Counted from the first letter of the stretch, positions 48,652-58,646 are shown. The stretch: 64,000 nt of DNA from Capnocytophaga sp. (GCF_030532915.1 NZ_JAUNKD010000014.1:1539-65538); one strand, 5' to 3'. Notes: generated from the sequence alone by a model not told the origin. Made by a program: numbers and translations.

Positions 48652-49095
48652 TTACTCGCCGGTGATTTTCTTTTTAGAAACATCCATTACGGGAACCAAT
48701 CCTTCCGAAGGCATATAAATAATCTGCGGAAGATTGCCCTTATCTGCCAATTTTTCAAGCGTACGAATAAATAAATATTGGTTGTACACCGAGTTGAGCG
48801 TTCCGTTTTCGATTTTCATTGCCTCTGCCATTCCGCGTGCGCGTTCAATTTCGGCTTGAGCGTTGAGTTTTTCGGCTTCGAGGCGGGCTTTTGCTTCTTC
48901 AATAAGAATTTTGCGGTTTTGTTCGGCTTTTGTCATTTCGGCTTTTCCTGCCATTTCTTGTTGCCAAACGTTGTAAACCGGCAAACCAAACATCATCACA
49001 ACGATAACGATAACTGCCACGCTCACAATGCCCGCAATGGCTGAAATTGATAATTTCCCTTTCATAAATTGAGCTGATTTTTTGTTGTTTTTCAT
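48652..49095 (-). CDS. small membrane protein resembling only the C-terminal coiled-coil/tail of SPFH (HflK/C-type) proteins
   Basis: 147 aa; one TM helix then coiled coil and tail …LFIRTLEKLADKGNLPQIIYMP… reminiscent of HflK/HflC C-termini, but no SPFH core. Confidence 0.35.
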   Translation of the reverse strand: MKNNKKSAQFMKGKLSISAIAGIVSVAVIVIVVMMFGLPVYNVWQQEMAGKAEMTKAEQNRKILIEEAKARLEAEKLNAQAEIERARGMAEAMKIENGTLNSVYNQYLFIRTLEKLADKGNLPQIIYMPSEGLVPVMDVSKKKITGE

Positions 49096-49118
49096 TTACA
49101 AATCATTCTGACGGAATG

Positions 49119-49808
49119 TTAAAAATTAGGTCGGAGGTTGTATTTTAAATAGAATTTTTCAATAATATCGATAACCTCATCGGCCGTGTCCACCACTTTG
49201 AAAAGGGACATATCCTCGGGCGAAATATTTTGAAATTCGTCCAAAAGTGTTTTCTGAAACCAATCTACCAATCCTTTCCAAAATTCGCTTCCCACCAAAA
49301 TAATCGGAAATTTATCGATTTTTTGGGTTTGAATCAGGGTGATGGCTTCAAAAAGTTCGTCCATCGTTCCGAAACCGCCCGGCATCACCACAAAAGCCTG
49401 TGAGTATTTGATAAACATTACTTTACGGGCGAAAAAATAGTCAAAATTTAGGTTTTTATCGCGGTCAATATACGGATTGTCGTGCTGCTCAAATGGCAAA
49501 TCAATGTTCAGCCCCACTGACGAGCCGTGCCCCTGATGTGCCCCTTTGTTGCCGGCTTCCATAATGCCGGGTCCGCCACCAGTAATCACGCCAAAGCCCG
49601 ATTCAACGACTTTTTCGGCAATTTCCACCGCCAAATTGTAATATTTACTATCGGGTTTGGTACGTGCCGACCCAAAAATCGACACACACGGACCTATTTC
49701 ACTGAGTTTTTCGTATCCGTTTACAAACTCGCCCATTATTTTGAAAATCGACCAAGAGTCATTGGTTTTTATCTCATTCCAAACCTTTGAATGTTGTTTT
49801 TTTGACAT
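49119..49808 (-). CDS. LOG-family cytokinin-riboside-5'-phosphate phosphoribohydrolase-like protein (TIGR00730)
   Basis: GGGPGIMEA and PGGFGTMDELFE signature motifs. Confidence 0.85.
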   Translation of the reverse strand: MSKKQHSKVWNEIKTNDSWSIFKIMGEFVNGYEKLSEIGPCVSIFGSARTKPDSKYYNLAVEIAEKVVESGFGVITGGGPGIMEAGNKGAHQGHGSSVGLNIDLPFEQHDNPYIDRDKNLNFDYFFARKVMFIKYSQAFVVMPGGFGTMDELFEAITLIQTQKIDKFPIILVGSEFWKGLVDWFQKTLLDEFQNISPEDMSLFKVVDTADEVIDIIEKFYLKYNLRPNF

Positions 49809-50005
49809 TATTTACTGATTTTATGAATTAATAATAATGCAAAACTATATTTTTTTTCTGAAAAAAGCAAGTGTGGTTCATCAACTGAAAACGGACAAAC
49901 AAGGGGGATTGTGAAATTTTCTTTCAAAGATATTTTTATTATTGCCCAGAAAGTATTATTTTCGCCCACTAAATTAAAATTACTAATTAATATAGATAAC
50001 GAAAG

Positions 50006-52123
50006 ATGGCAGTTCTTGAAAAAATTAGAAATCGCACCGTATTTCTCATCGCAATTATTGGTTTAGCCTTATTTGCGTTTATCATTTCGGACTTTATCGG
50101 TTCCGGAAGATTCAGTAACTCAAACCCTACCGAAATGGGAACGGTTAATGGTGAAGACGTTTCAATTGATGCTTTCCGCTACCAAGTGGAAGCTACCGTG
50201 CAAAATTCAAACGGGCAGGCAAGCACCATTGAAGCAGCAAAATACGTTTGGGAACAAAACGTGCGAAGCATTTTATTGAAGCAACAATTTGAAAAATTAG
50301 GTTTAAGCGTTGAAAAAGACCAAATTTTGTCGGTTTTGGCAAAAAGTCCGTTGGCGCAAAGCCCTGAATTTACCAATGAGTTTGGCGTGTTTGATCCGTC
50401 AAAATTCGTAAATTATCTGGCAACACTCAAAGCCAACAACCCGCAGGCTTACCAACAATGGAAAGCGCAAGAAGATGCCTTAATTGAAAGTGCCAAACAA
50501 CAAATGTACTTCGGGTTAATTCGCGCCGGATTGGGGGTTACCAATGCCGAAGCCGAAATCGCCTATCACCAAGAGCAAGACAAGGCAGACATCAAGTTCG
50601 TAACCCTGCCGTATAGTTCCATCGCTGACAGTACCATTACCGTGAGTGACAGCGAAATAAAATCATACATCAGCAAACACGAAAAGCAATTCAAGCAAGA
50701 AGCATTTCGAAACATTCAATACATCGTTGTGAACGAAAAAGCCTCTGATGCTGATGTTCAAGCAAGTAAAGATGCTTTGAATAAGTTGCTTGCTCCTGAA
50801 ATTGTGTTCAATGCGCAAACAAACGCCAATGACACCATCGCAGGATTTGCAACCACAAACCGCGTAAGAGAGTTCGTCGATAAACATTCCGATACGCCTT
50901 ATGATTCATTATTCGTTACAAAGTCTGAATTATCAGGTGTTTACGCCGATACGTTGTTTACCTTGCCCATCGGAAAAGTATTTGGTCCGTATGAAGAAGG
51001 GGGCGTTTTAAAACTTTCGCGAATGATTGCCAAAGAAGCTAACGGCGCCGTAAAAGCAAGTCATATTTTGATTCCGTATGCCGGAAGTCAGGCTGCCGCT
51101 CAAAATGTTACACGCACCAAAGAAGAGGCGCAAACCAAAGCACAAGAAATTTTAGCTTTGGCACGTGCCGCTGATGCTGATTTTGCTGCCTTGGCAAGAG
51201 AAAATTCAGAAGAACCCGGTGCAGCTTACAGCGCAGGTGATTTAGGTTTCTTCACCAAAGGGCGAATGGTAAAACCTTTTGAAGAGTTTGTTTTCGGTAA
51301 CCCAACCGGAACTATTGACATTGTTGAAACGGATTTCGGTATTCACGTGGTAAAAATTACCGATAAAGCCGATGCTGTACAAATCGCCAATATCACTCGC
51401 AAAATTGAACCATCGGAAGCAACTGTAAATGAATTGTTTTCAAAAGTATCAAAATTTGAAATCGACGCCTTAGCCGATGTGAAAAACTTTGGTGAAGTGG
51501 CTAAAAAATCAGATTTATCCGTTTTACGTGCCGATAACTTAAAGAAAAACGATGAGTACATCATCGGTTTGGGTAACAACCGCGCCATCGTGCAGTGGCT
51601 TTTCCAAGAAGATACCAAAGTGGGCGATATTCGTAAGTTTACCTACGGCGGAAACTACGTAGTGGCGCAACTTACCAAGAAAGCCGAAGCGGGTATTAGC
51701 TCTGTGCAAGATGCCGCTCCGTTTGTAAAACCAATTTTAATCCGTCAGAAAAAAGCCGAAATCCTTGCCGAAAAAGCAAAAGGAGGTTCGTTAGATGCTG
51801 TTGCTTCTGCCAATAAAACCGAAGTAAAAACCGCTACCGGACTTACGATGAATAACCCGACCATTATCGGGGAGGGGCGTGAACCCAAAGTAGTCGGAAC
51901 GGCTTTTGCACTAAAACAAGGTCAAGTTTCAAAACCTATTGAAGGTGAGAATGGTGTGTACGTAGTTGAGGTTACTTCGGCTGTTAAAGCTCCTGCAATG
52001 AATGATTACAAATCGTATGGCAAAACCTTAGAAACCTTAAAATTGAGCCGCGCTTCCGAAGAGGTGTTTAACGCACTGAAAAATTCAGCCGACATCAAAG
52101 AAAATTTGAGTTTATTCTACTAA
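50006..52123 (+). CDS. ppiD: periplasmic chaperone / peptidyl-prolyl isomerase PpiD-like
   Basis: 705 aa; N-terminal membrane anchor, SurA-N-like region, parvulin (PpiC) domain SHILIPY…DLGFFTKGRMVKPFEEFVF. Confidence 0.75.
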   Translation: MAVLEKIRNRTVFLIAIIGLALFAFIISDFIGSGRFSNSNPTEMGTVNGEDVSIDAFRYQVEATVQNSNGQASTIEAAKYVWEQNVRSILLKQQFEKLGLSVEKDQILSVLAKSPLAQSPEFTNEFGVFDPSKFVNYLATLKANNPQAYQQWKAQEDALIESAKQQMYFGLIRAGLGVTNAEAEIAYHQEQDKADIKFVTLPYSSIADSTITVSDSEIKSYISKHEKQFKQEAFRNIQYIVVNEKASDADVQASKDALNKLLAPEIVFNAQTNANDTIAGFATTNRVREFVDKHSDTPYDSLFVTKSELSGVYADTLFTLPIGKVFGPYEEGGVLKLSRMIAKEANGAVKASHILIPYAGSQAAAQNVTRTKEEAQTKAQEILALARAADADFAALARENSEEPGAAYSAGDLGFFTKGRMVKPFEEFVFGNPTGTIDIVETDFGIHVVKITDKADAVQIANITRKIEPSEATVNELFSKVSKFEIDALADVKNFGEVAKKSDLSVLRADNLKKNDEYIIGLGNNRAIVQWLFQEDTKVGDIRKFTYGGNYVVAQLTKKAEAGISSVQDAAPFVKPILIRQKKAEILAEKAKGGSLDAVASANKTEVKTATGLTMNNPTIIGEGREPKVVGTAFALKQGQVSKPIEGENGVYVVEVTSAVKAPAMNDYKSYGKTLETLKLSRASEEVFNALKNSADIKENLSLFY

Positions 52124-52145
52124 AATATATGTTTTAAACAGAAAA

Positions 52146-52180
52146 AAGGAAGGCGCACAAGTCTTCCTTTTTTTGTTTTT
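52146..52180 (+). terminator. rho-independent terminator after ppiD
   Basis: AGGAAGG-cgcacaagt-CTTCCT followed by T9-rich run. Confidence 0.75.
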
Positions 52181-52243
52181 GAAATAAATCTATTGTTTGT
52201 TTGATTTAATTTCCTACCTTTGCTCATCTTATAGCTTTTCCTG

Positions 52244-53398
52244 ATGCGATTTTTACGAGTATTTGTCTTATTTCTCGGTTTTTACAACAGTGTTTTTTCA
52301 CAAGAAGAACGCCCGTTGGCTACGGCTTTTCCATTTTTGCTGCTAAGCCCCGATGCGACGGCTTCGGGCAGGGGTGATACGGGTGTGGCATCAACGCCGG
52401 ATGTGTTTTCCCAGTATTGGAATGCTTCAAAATATGTCTTTGCTCCTGAAAATTCGGGGGTTGCTCTTGGTTATACGCCTTATTTGAGCAAAGTGGTTCG
52501 CGATGTTTTTATCGGCAATTTATGTTATTACAAAAAAACGCACCGCAGTGCTTGGGCAGGCAGTTTTCGATATTTTAGCATTGGCGATGTGACACTCACG
52601 CAAGGGTTTAACAATGATTTTTATGTTTTAGGTAATTTTCGTCCGTCGGAATTTGCCTTCGACCTTTCGTATAGCTTAAAACTCAGCGAACACTATGCTA
52701 TGGGTGTGGCAGCCCGATTTTTAAGTTCCAATTTGCGTCTGCCCACCGAAGAAAGTTATACGGCACGCGGTTTGGGGTTTGATATTTCGGGGTATTATCA
52801 TTCGCCTAAGCATCTTATCGGAAATTACTTTGGTAGCTATCGATTTGGTTTTCAAGTTTCTAACATTGGTGGTAAAGTGCAATATGAAAATCACGGACAC
52901 GCATTTTTTATTCCCACCAATTTGCGTTTAGGCATCAGTTACACCTTGCTACCCGACAGTTATAATCGCTTTGAATTACTACTGGAAATGAACAAGTTGC
53001 TAATTCCATCACCGCCAAAATATCATTATACCGACCATAACGGAAACGGAAAGCAGGATGCCGATGAACCACTTGAAATTGTGGCAGGTAAAAACCCAAA
53101 TGTTGATTTTTTTCAGGGAATATTCCGGTCGTTCAGTGATGCTCCCAATGGTTTTTCGGAAGAGTGGCACGAAATTGCTTGGTCAGCAGGATTTGAATAT
53201 GCTTTTGACGAGCGATTTTTCTTGCGAACGGGCTATTTCTATCAACATAAAAACAAAGGCGACCGTCAGTATTTAACCATAGGTACCGGGTTTAAAATCA
53301 AAACATTACAAGCTGATTTTTCATACCTGTTTTCAACAGCAAAAACGCACAATCCGTTGAGTTCTTCCCTGCGGATTTCATTGCAATACACCTTTTAG
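52244..53398 (+). CDS. porV: type IX secretion system outer-membrane protein PorV (LptO)
   Basis: 384 aa; N-terminus FPFLLLSPDATASGRGDTGVAST matches the PorV/PorQ family signature; beta-barrel ending in F. Confidence 0.75.
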   Translation: MRFLRVFVLFLGFYNSVFSQEERPLATAFPFLLLSPDATASGRGDTGVASTPDVFSQYWNASKYVFAPENSGVALGYTPYLSKVVRDVFIGNLCYYKKTHRSAWAGSFRYFSIGDVTLTQGFNNDFYVLGNFRPSEFAFDLSYSLKLSEHYAMGVAARFLSSNLRLPTEESYTARGLGFDISGYYHSPKHLIGNYFGSYRFGFQVSNIGGKVQYENHGHAFFIPTNLRLGISYTLLPDSYNRFELLLEMNKLLIPSPPKYHYTDHNGNGKQDADEPLEIVAGKNPNVDFFQGIFRSFSDAPNGFSEEWHEIAWSAGFEYAFDERFFLRTGYFYQHKNKGDRQYLTIGTGFKIKTLQADFSYLFSTAKTHNPLSSSLRISLQYTF

Positions 53399-53553
53399 TA
53401 TTTCCCTATTTTTTTAGTATATTATATGTTACTTCGAAAATTAGAAGTGAAAATTACGTAAGCATTGAGCAAAATTCTTAATGTTTTGCTAAAATGTTGC
53501 AGGATATAGTTTACTTCATTACCTTTGCCCCGAAAAATTAACACATTTATTTA

Positions 53554-54126
53554 GTGATGAAAACAAAGTTTTACACATTTATTGTAGCGCTGTTGGTAGC
53601 GCAAGTTGCGTTGGCACAAAATACACCTGTTATAGACACGTTGATGGCTACCCCGATGCAACCCGTGAAAACAGAAGCCGAATTAAAAGCTGAGAAAGAG
53701 CGACTTAAAGCGGAACAAAAGGCGCAAAAAGAGCAAGAAAAAGCATTGAAAGCTGAGGAAAAAGCGCGAAAAGCTGAGGAAAAAGCCAAAAAAGAAGCTC
53801 AAAAAGCCGAAGAAAAAGCAAAAAAGGCAGAGGCAAAAGCTAAAAAAGAAGCCGAAAGAGCACAAAAAGCGGCACAGAAAAACAAGCAAAACCTGATAAA
53901 AGCCAATCAGGAGGTGTCAAAAATTCAAACCAAAATCAAAAAGGTAGAGAATGAATTGGCGCGCGAGCAAAACAAGTACAACGTAAAGAAAGCCAAAGGC
54001 AGCCTCTCACCCAATGACGATGCCAAATACAAAGGCAAAATTTTAAAAAAAGAGCAAGAAATCAATAACTTAAACTTGAAACTGATAAAAGCACAGGGCA
54101 AAGTAAATAAGTATTCCGCTCAATAA
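53554..54126 (+). CDS. secreted Lys/Ala/Glu-rich low-complexity coiled-coil protein
   Basis: Signal peptide then ~70 aa of KAEEKAxKA-type repeats (imperfect 18-21-bp repeats at the DNA level), C-terminal coiled coil. Confidence 0.6.
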   Translation: MMKTKFYTFIVALLVAQVALAQNTPVIDTLMATPMQPVKTEAELKAEKERLKAEQKAQKEQEKALKAEEKARKAEEKAKKEAQKAEEKAKKAEAKAKKEAERAQKAAQKNKQNLIKANQEVSKIQTKIKKVENELAREQNKYNVKKAKGSLSPNDDAKYKGKILKKEQEINNLNLKLIKAQGKVNKYSAQ

Positions 54127-54132
54127 AAAACG

Positions 54133-54160
54133 AAAGCTACTCCGGTTAGAGTAGCTTTTT
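54133..54160. terminator. bidirectional terminator shared by the K/A/E-rich gene (+) and ung (-)
   Basis: AAAGCTACTC-cggttag-AGTAGCTTT followed by T7. Confidence 0.75.
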
Positions 54161-54163
54161 TTA

Positions 54164-54829
54164 TTACCAGTGAATTTGAGTTTTTCCAACAGAAGCCAAA
54201 TAGGCATTTGCTTTGCTAAAATGTTTATTTCCAAACCAATAACCTCTATTAGCACTGAGCGGCGACGGATGCCCCGACGTTAAAACGCAATGTTTGGAAG
54301 TGTCAATTAAAGCCGTTTTCTTTTTGGCATATCCGCCCCAAAGCATAAAAACAACTTGATTGCCTTGTTGTGAAACGGCTCGTATGACCGAGTCGGTAAA
54401 GGTTTCCCAGCCTTTATTTTGGTGGCTTCCGGCTTGGTTGGCGCGCACCGTCAGGGTGGCATTTAAAAGCAAAACCCCTTGTGATGCCCATCGCTCCAAA
54501 TTGCCGCTTGTTGGATAGGGAAGCCCCAAATCTTGCTGAATTTCTTTAAAAATATTGACAAGTGATGGCGGATGTTCTATTCCGTCTTGAACCGAAAAAC
54601 ATAATCCATTAGCTTGATTTACACCGTGATACGGGTCTTGCCCAATGATTACCACTTTTACGTTTTCAAACGGACAATGCTTAAAGGCAGCAAAAATTTG
54701 GCTTCCTTTTGGGTAACAAATCCCTTGCGCATATTCTTTTTTTACAAAAGCGACCAAATCCTTAAAATAGTCTTTTTCAAATTCAGAAGCCAAATGTGAT
54801 TTCCAACTTGAATGTATGTTTACTTCCAT
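54164..54829 (-). CDS. ung: uracil-DNA glycosylase
   Basis: VVIIGQDPYHG water-activating loop, HPSPLS motif; true start probably MEVNIHS (ATG 54829). Confidence 0.9.
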   Translation of the reverse strand: MEVNIHSSWKSHLASEFEKDYFKDLVAFVKKEYAQGICYPKGSQIFAAFKHCPFENVKVVIIGQDPYHGVNQANGLCFSVQDGIEHPPSLVNIFKEIQQDLGLPYPTSGNLERWASQGVLLLNATLTVRANQAGSHQNKGWETFTDSVIRAVSQQGNQVVFMLWGGYAKKKTALIDTSKHCVLTSGHPSPLSANRGYWFGNKHFSKANAYLASVGKTQIHW

Positions 54830-55099
54830 TTGATGTATCTTTTTGGCAAAAATACTATTTTTACGATAAAAGAACAAAAAACAATGAGCAGGACTATTTT
54901 GCTAAAAAAACAATTTTCCAGGTGATTGTTAAAAGAAAATTTGTAAAAATCATTTTTTCTTTGTATTTTTGGAGCTTTTTGCAGGGCTTCTGTGCGGAAA
55001 TCGTTTTATTTTAACAATTTCAAAAGATGAAACGATAACGTTCAAAATTTCAGCAATAAATTAACTATTAGTGTATTAAAAAAGATTAGACAAATAAAT

Positions 55100-56245
55100 A
55101 TGAAAGCGACAAAACTTTTTAAAGATTTTTTTGATAGTGAAAAAGCAGGGGGTATCGTCCTTATATGTTGCACCGTTTTGTCATTAATCGTGGCAAATTC
55201 GGCATTAGGTGAAAGTTACCACCATTTTTGGCAAACACAATTTCAAGGGCATAGCATTGAGCATTGGGTAAACGACGGGCTGATGGCGATTTTTTTCTTA
55301 CTCATTGGTTTGGAGTTGGAGCGTGAAATTTACGTAGGCGAACTCTCAAATGTTAAAGATGCTCTTTTGCCTATTTTCGGGGCTTTGGGCGGTATGCTTT
55401 TTCCGGCGGGAATTTTTCTTTTATTCAATTACGGAACACCTACGCAATCGGGCGCCGGAATACCAATGGCAACCGATATTGCTTTTGCGCTGGGAGTGTT
55501 GGCGCTGCTCGGGAATCGCGTACCTACCTCGCTGAAAGTTTTCTTGACGGCTTTGGCTGTAATTGACGATTTGGGTGCCATTATCATCATTGCGGTTTTT
55601 TATACCAAAACGTTGTTCTGGACAAATTTATCTATTGCTTTGGGTATTTTTGCTTTCTTGCTGATTTTGAACCGATTGAAAGTGCGAAATCTCATTCCGT
55701 ATTTAATCGGCGGAGTGGCGATGTGGTATTTTATGTTGCATTCGGGCGTGCACGCTACCATCACGGGAGTATTGTTGGCTTTTGCCATTCCGTTTGGTAA
55801 CGGTGATGAAAAATCAACCTCGTATGTGCTGCAACATTTTTTGCACAAGCCGGTTGCATTTGTGATTTTACCCATTTTTGCTTTGGCAAACACAGCAATT
55901 GCGTTCAGCGGCGATATTACTCAAATACTAACCGAAAACAACAGTTTGGGTATTGCCTTGGGGCTGATTGTCGGGAAACCGTTGGGGATTTTTGCATTGG
56001 CTTTCTTGGCGGTAAGCCTTAAAATTTGTAAACTTCCGTCTGATTTAAATTGGAAATCGGTTTTGGGCGTGGGGCTTTTGGCCGGAATCGGGTTTACGAT
56101 GTCCATTTTCATTACGTTACTTGCCTTTGATGATGCAACCATTATCAATAATTCAAAATTGGTAATTCTTATTTCATCATTAACTGCCGGAATATTAGGT
56201 TTTATCACCTTAAAGATGACTTTAAAAAACGAAAATGTAGAATAA
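55100..56245 (+). CDS. nhaA: Na+/H+ antiporter NhaA
   Basis: 381 aa, 12 TM, NhaA N-terminus MKATKLFKDFFDSEKAGGIVLI and conserved DD pair region (AVIDDLGAI). Confidence 0.9.
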   Translation: MKATKLFKDFFDSEKAGGIVLICCTVLSLIVANSALGESYHHFWQTQFQGHSIEHWVNDGLMAIFFLLIGLELEREIYVGELSNVKDALLPIFGALGGMLFPAGIFLLFNYGTPTQSGAGIPMATDIAFALGVLALLGNRVPTSLKVFLTALAVIDDLGAIIIIAVFYTKTLFWTNLSIALGIFAFLLILNRLKVRNLIPYLIGGVAMWYFMLHSGVHATITGVLLAFAIPFGNGDEKSTSYVLQHFLHKPVAFVILPIFALANTAIAFSGDITQILTENNSLGIALGLIVGKPLGIFALAFLAVSLKICKLPSDLNWKSVLGVGLLAGIGFTMSIFITLLAFDDATIINNSKLVILISSLTAGILGFITLKMTLKNENVE

Positions 56246-56279
56246 TTCCTGCGGATTTTTAGCAGTCCGTTTTTTGTAA

Positions 56280-56350
56280 TGTTGCAAAAAAGCATCACCC
56301 GATTTTGAGGGTTTTCATTGCTTTTTTGCAACATTATTTATTTTTTTTCG
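56280..56350 (+). terminator. long stem-loop / terminator downstream of nhaA
   Basis: Perfect 14-bp inverted repeat TGTTGCAAAAAAGC … GCTTTTTTGCAACA (56280-56293 / 56320-56333) followed by T-rich tract. Confidence 0.5.
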
Positions 56351-56427
56351 ATTTTATTTTGTTATTCCCATTTCTTTCCAAAATTGGATACTACTTTTGC
56401 ACCTGTAAAATTATAAAAAGATAAACA

Positions 56428-56868
56428 ATGAGAAAATTAACAAAAATCACAACTATTTTAATTGCCCTTTTCGGGTTTCAGTTTGTATCTGCACAAGAAA
56501 GAAACATCACTTTTGAACAGCTTCCGGCTCAGGCACAAACCTTTGTGAAAAAACATTTCGCTGCACAACGTGTGGTAACTGTTGTTGAAGATGCCAAGCC
56601 GTACTCAAAAGAATATGACGTGTATTTTGAAAACGGAACAAAAATTGAGTTCTATGCCAATGGTGATTGGGAAGAAGTAAAATCAAGAGCTGCCGAGGTT
56701 CCCGCAGGCATCGTTCCGGCTGCTATCTCTCAATATGTTAAGGCGCAATATCCTAATGCGTTCGTACAAGAAATTAAAAAGAAACATTACGGATACGAAA
56801 TTGAAATTTCAAACGGATTGGATTTGGAGTTTGACAAAACCGGAAAGTTTTTACGTATTGATAATTAA
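56428..56868 (+). CDS. PepSY-like (DUF2874, beta-lactamase-inhibitor-like) secreted protein, paralog 1
   Basis: 146 aa, signal peptide, two ~60-aa modules ending GYEIEISNGLDLEFDKTGKFL. Confidence 0.6.
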   Translation: MRKLTKITTILIALFGFQFVSAQERNITFEQLPAQAQTFVKKHFAAQRVVTVVEDAKPYSKEYDVYFENGTKIEFYANGDWEEVKSRAAEVPAGIVPAAISQYVKAQYPNAFVQEIKKKHYGYEIEISNGLDLEFDKTGKFLRIDN

Positions 56869-56891
56869 TAACATATCAAAATAATAAGATT

Positions 56892-57341
56892 ATGAAAAAA
56901 ATCATTCTTAATTTATTTCTTGCCCTTACCGCCGTTTCATTTTTGGCTTCGTGTAAGGATAAAGATACACCGACTGATGCAAGTGTTGCCAATGTTCCGA
57001 AAGTGGGACAAGAGTTTATCAAGCAATACTTTTCTGACCTTACCGTTTTACGCGTTGAAAAAGAAACCGGAGGAGGTCATAACATTCACTTTACCAACGG
57101 AGTAGAAGTTGATTTTGATGCCAACGGAAATTGGACGGAAGTAAGCGCCGGTGACAATCAAAAACTGACAAACACACGTTTTATTCCGGAGAAAATCAGA
57201 AATTATTTGGCGCAAATGTATCCTAACTATCCCATTCACGCCATCAAAAAAAATGCAGCCGGTTACCAAGTGGAACTGCTTAACTTTGGCGGGGAAGTTA
57301 CCTTTGACCGCGATGGGAATTATCTTATCGTGAAAGACTAA
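56892..57341 (+). CDS. PepSY-like (DUF2874) lipoprotein, paralog 2
   Basis: 149 aa, lipobox FLASCKDKD, same two-module architecture (…GYQVELLNFGGEVTFDRDGNYL). Confidence 0.6.
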   Translation: MKKIILNLFLALTAVSFLASCKDKDTPTDASVANVPKVGQEFIKQYFSDLTVLRVEKETGGGHNIHFTNGVEVDFDANGNWTEVSAGDNQKLTNTRFIPEKIRNYLAQMYPNYPIHAIKKNAAGYQVELLNFGGEVTFDRDGNYLIVKD

Positions 57342-57377
57342 ATAAGAACGTTAAAACTTTTTTAAATATAACAAATT

Positions 57378-58646
57378 ATGAGAAAACTCGTATTAAAATT
57401 AGCCGTCGTGGCTCTCGCAACATCGCTTATGGCGTTTTCGTGTAACAAAGAAAATGATGTAATTCAAAACAAAAACTTGCCTGAGGTGGCACAGTCATTT
57501 GTTAGTAAGTACTTCAAAGCGAACATTGTTAAAACCGAAATTGAGAGCAACGGAAGTTACTCTGTTGATTTATCAAACGGAGTGGAGATTGATTTCGATG
57601 CCAATGGAAATTGGACGAAAGTAGATGCTCGTGACAGAGATGCTTTGGTTGATAAGGCAACCTCAATGGATTTTATCCCTCAAAGTATTTTGACTCACGT
57701 GGCAAAAAACCATCCTAACAACCCCATCAACAGCATTGAAAAGACCAAAACCGGTTACGAAGTAGAGCTCGTGGGTGTGGAGGGCGACCTTCATTTTGAT
57801 GTAAACGGACTGATTACCAATCCGCAAAATAACGGAAACGGAACCAATCCACCTGCCAACAATCCAAACCCGAACGTTCCGCAAGGCGTAGCTACGGCTG
57901 CTGATGCGTTTTTAAAAACCTATTTCCCTACCTTTAAAGTAGTTAAAGTGGAAGTAGAGCGTACCAAAGTGGAGTATGACTTGGACAATGGTACGGATGT
58001 TGATTTTGACCTAAACGGAAACTGGATTAACGTAGACGCACGTGATGGTCAAGCCCTAACAAATGTTGCTTTTATTCCGCAAAACATTGTTAATCACTTA
58101 AAAACAACTTATCCAAACAATGCCATTAACGGAATTGAAAAAACGGCTACCGGTTATGAAGTGGAGCTTGTAGGTGTGAAAAACGACATCCATTTTAATG
58201 CAAACGGAAATCCGAAAACAAACGGAACAGGGAACGGAAATACCGGCGGGAATACAGGTGGAAATACAAACACTGTTATCATAGGTGAAATTCCGCAAGG
58301 AGTAAAAACCAATGCCGAAAACTTTATAAAGACGTATTTCCCTAACGTTGCTATCACAAAAATCGAAGTGGAAAAAACCAAAGTGGAGTACAAATTGGCA
58401 AACGGCGTAGAGATTGATTTTGACCTAAACGGAAATTGGAAAGAAGTAGATGCCCCCGATAATCAAGCGCTTACGGCAACAGGGTTTATTCCTGAAAAAA
58501 TCCGTACGTATTTAGCACAAATGTACCCTGATCGTCCGGTTAACGGAATCGAGAAAACAGCAACAGGTTATGAAGTTGAATTTTCAAATCTTTCATTTGA
58601 AGTTGCCTTTGATTTAAACGGAAATTATTCACACACAAAAGATTAA
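57378..58646 (+). CDS. PepSY-like (DUF2874) lipoprotein, paralog 3 with triplicated module pair
   Basis: 422 aa, lipobox LMAFSCNKEN, three copies of the two-module unit joined by G/N/T/P low-complexity linkers. Confidence 0.6.
   Translation: MRKLVLKLAVVALATSLMAFSCNKENDVIQNKNLPEVAQSFVSKYFKANIVKTEIESNGSYSVDLSNGVEIDFDANGNWTKVDARDRDALVDKATSMDFIPQSILTHVAKNHPNNPINSIEKTKTGYEVELVGVEGDLHFDVNGLITNPQNNGNGTNPPANNPNPNVPQGVATAADAFLKTYFPTFKVVKVEVERTKVEYDLDNGTDVDFDLNGNWINVDARDGQALTNVAFIPQNIVNHLKTTYPNNAINGIEKTATGYEVELVGVKNDIHFNANGNPKTNGTGNGNTGGNTGGNTNTVIIGEIPQGVKTNAENFIKTYFPNVAITKIEVEKTKVEYKLANGVEIDFDLNGNWKEVDAPDNQALTATGFIPEKIRTYLAQMYPDRPVNGIEKTATGYEVEFSNLSFEVAFDLNGNYSHTKD

Noticed and set aside
53683-53889. 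Possible CRISPR-like or minisatellite repeat in the K/A/E-rich gene
   Set aside because: Repeats are imperfect, in frame, lack spacer/repeat alternation, and there are no cas genes. This is coding low-complexity, not CRISPR.
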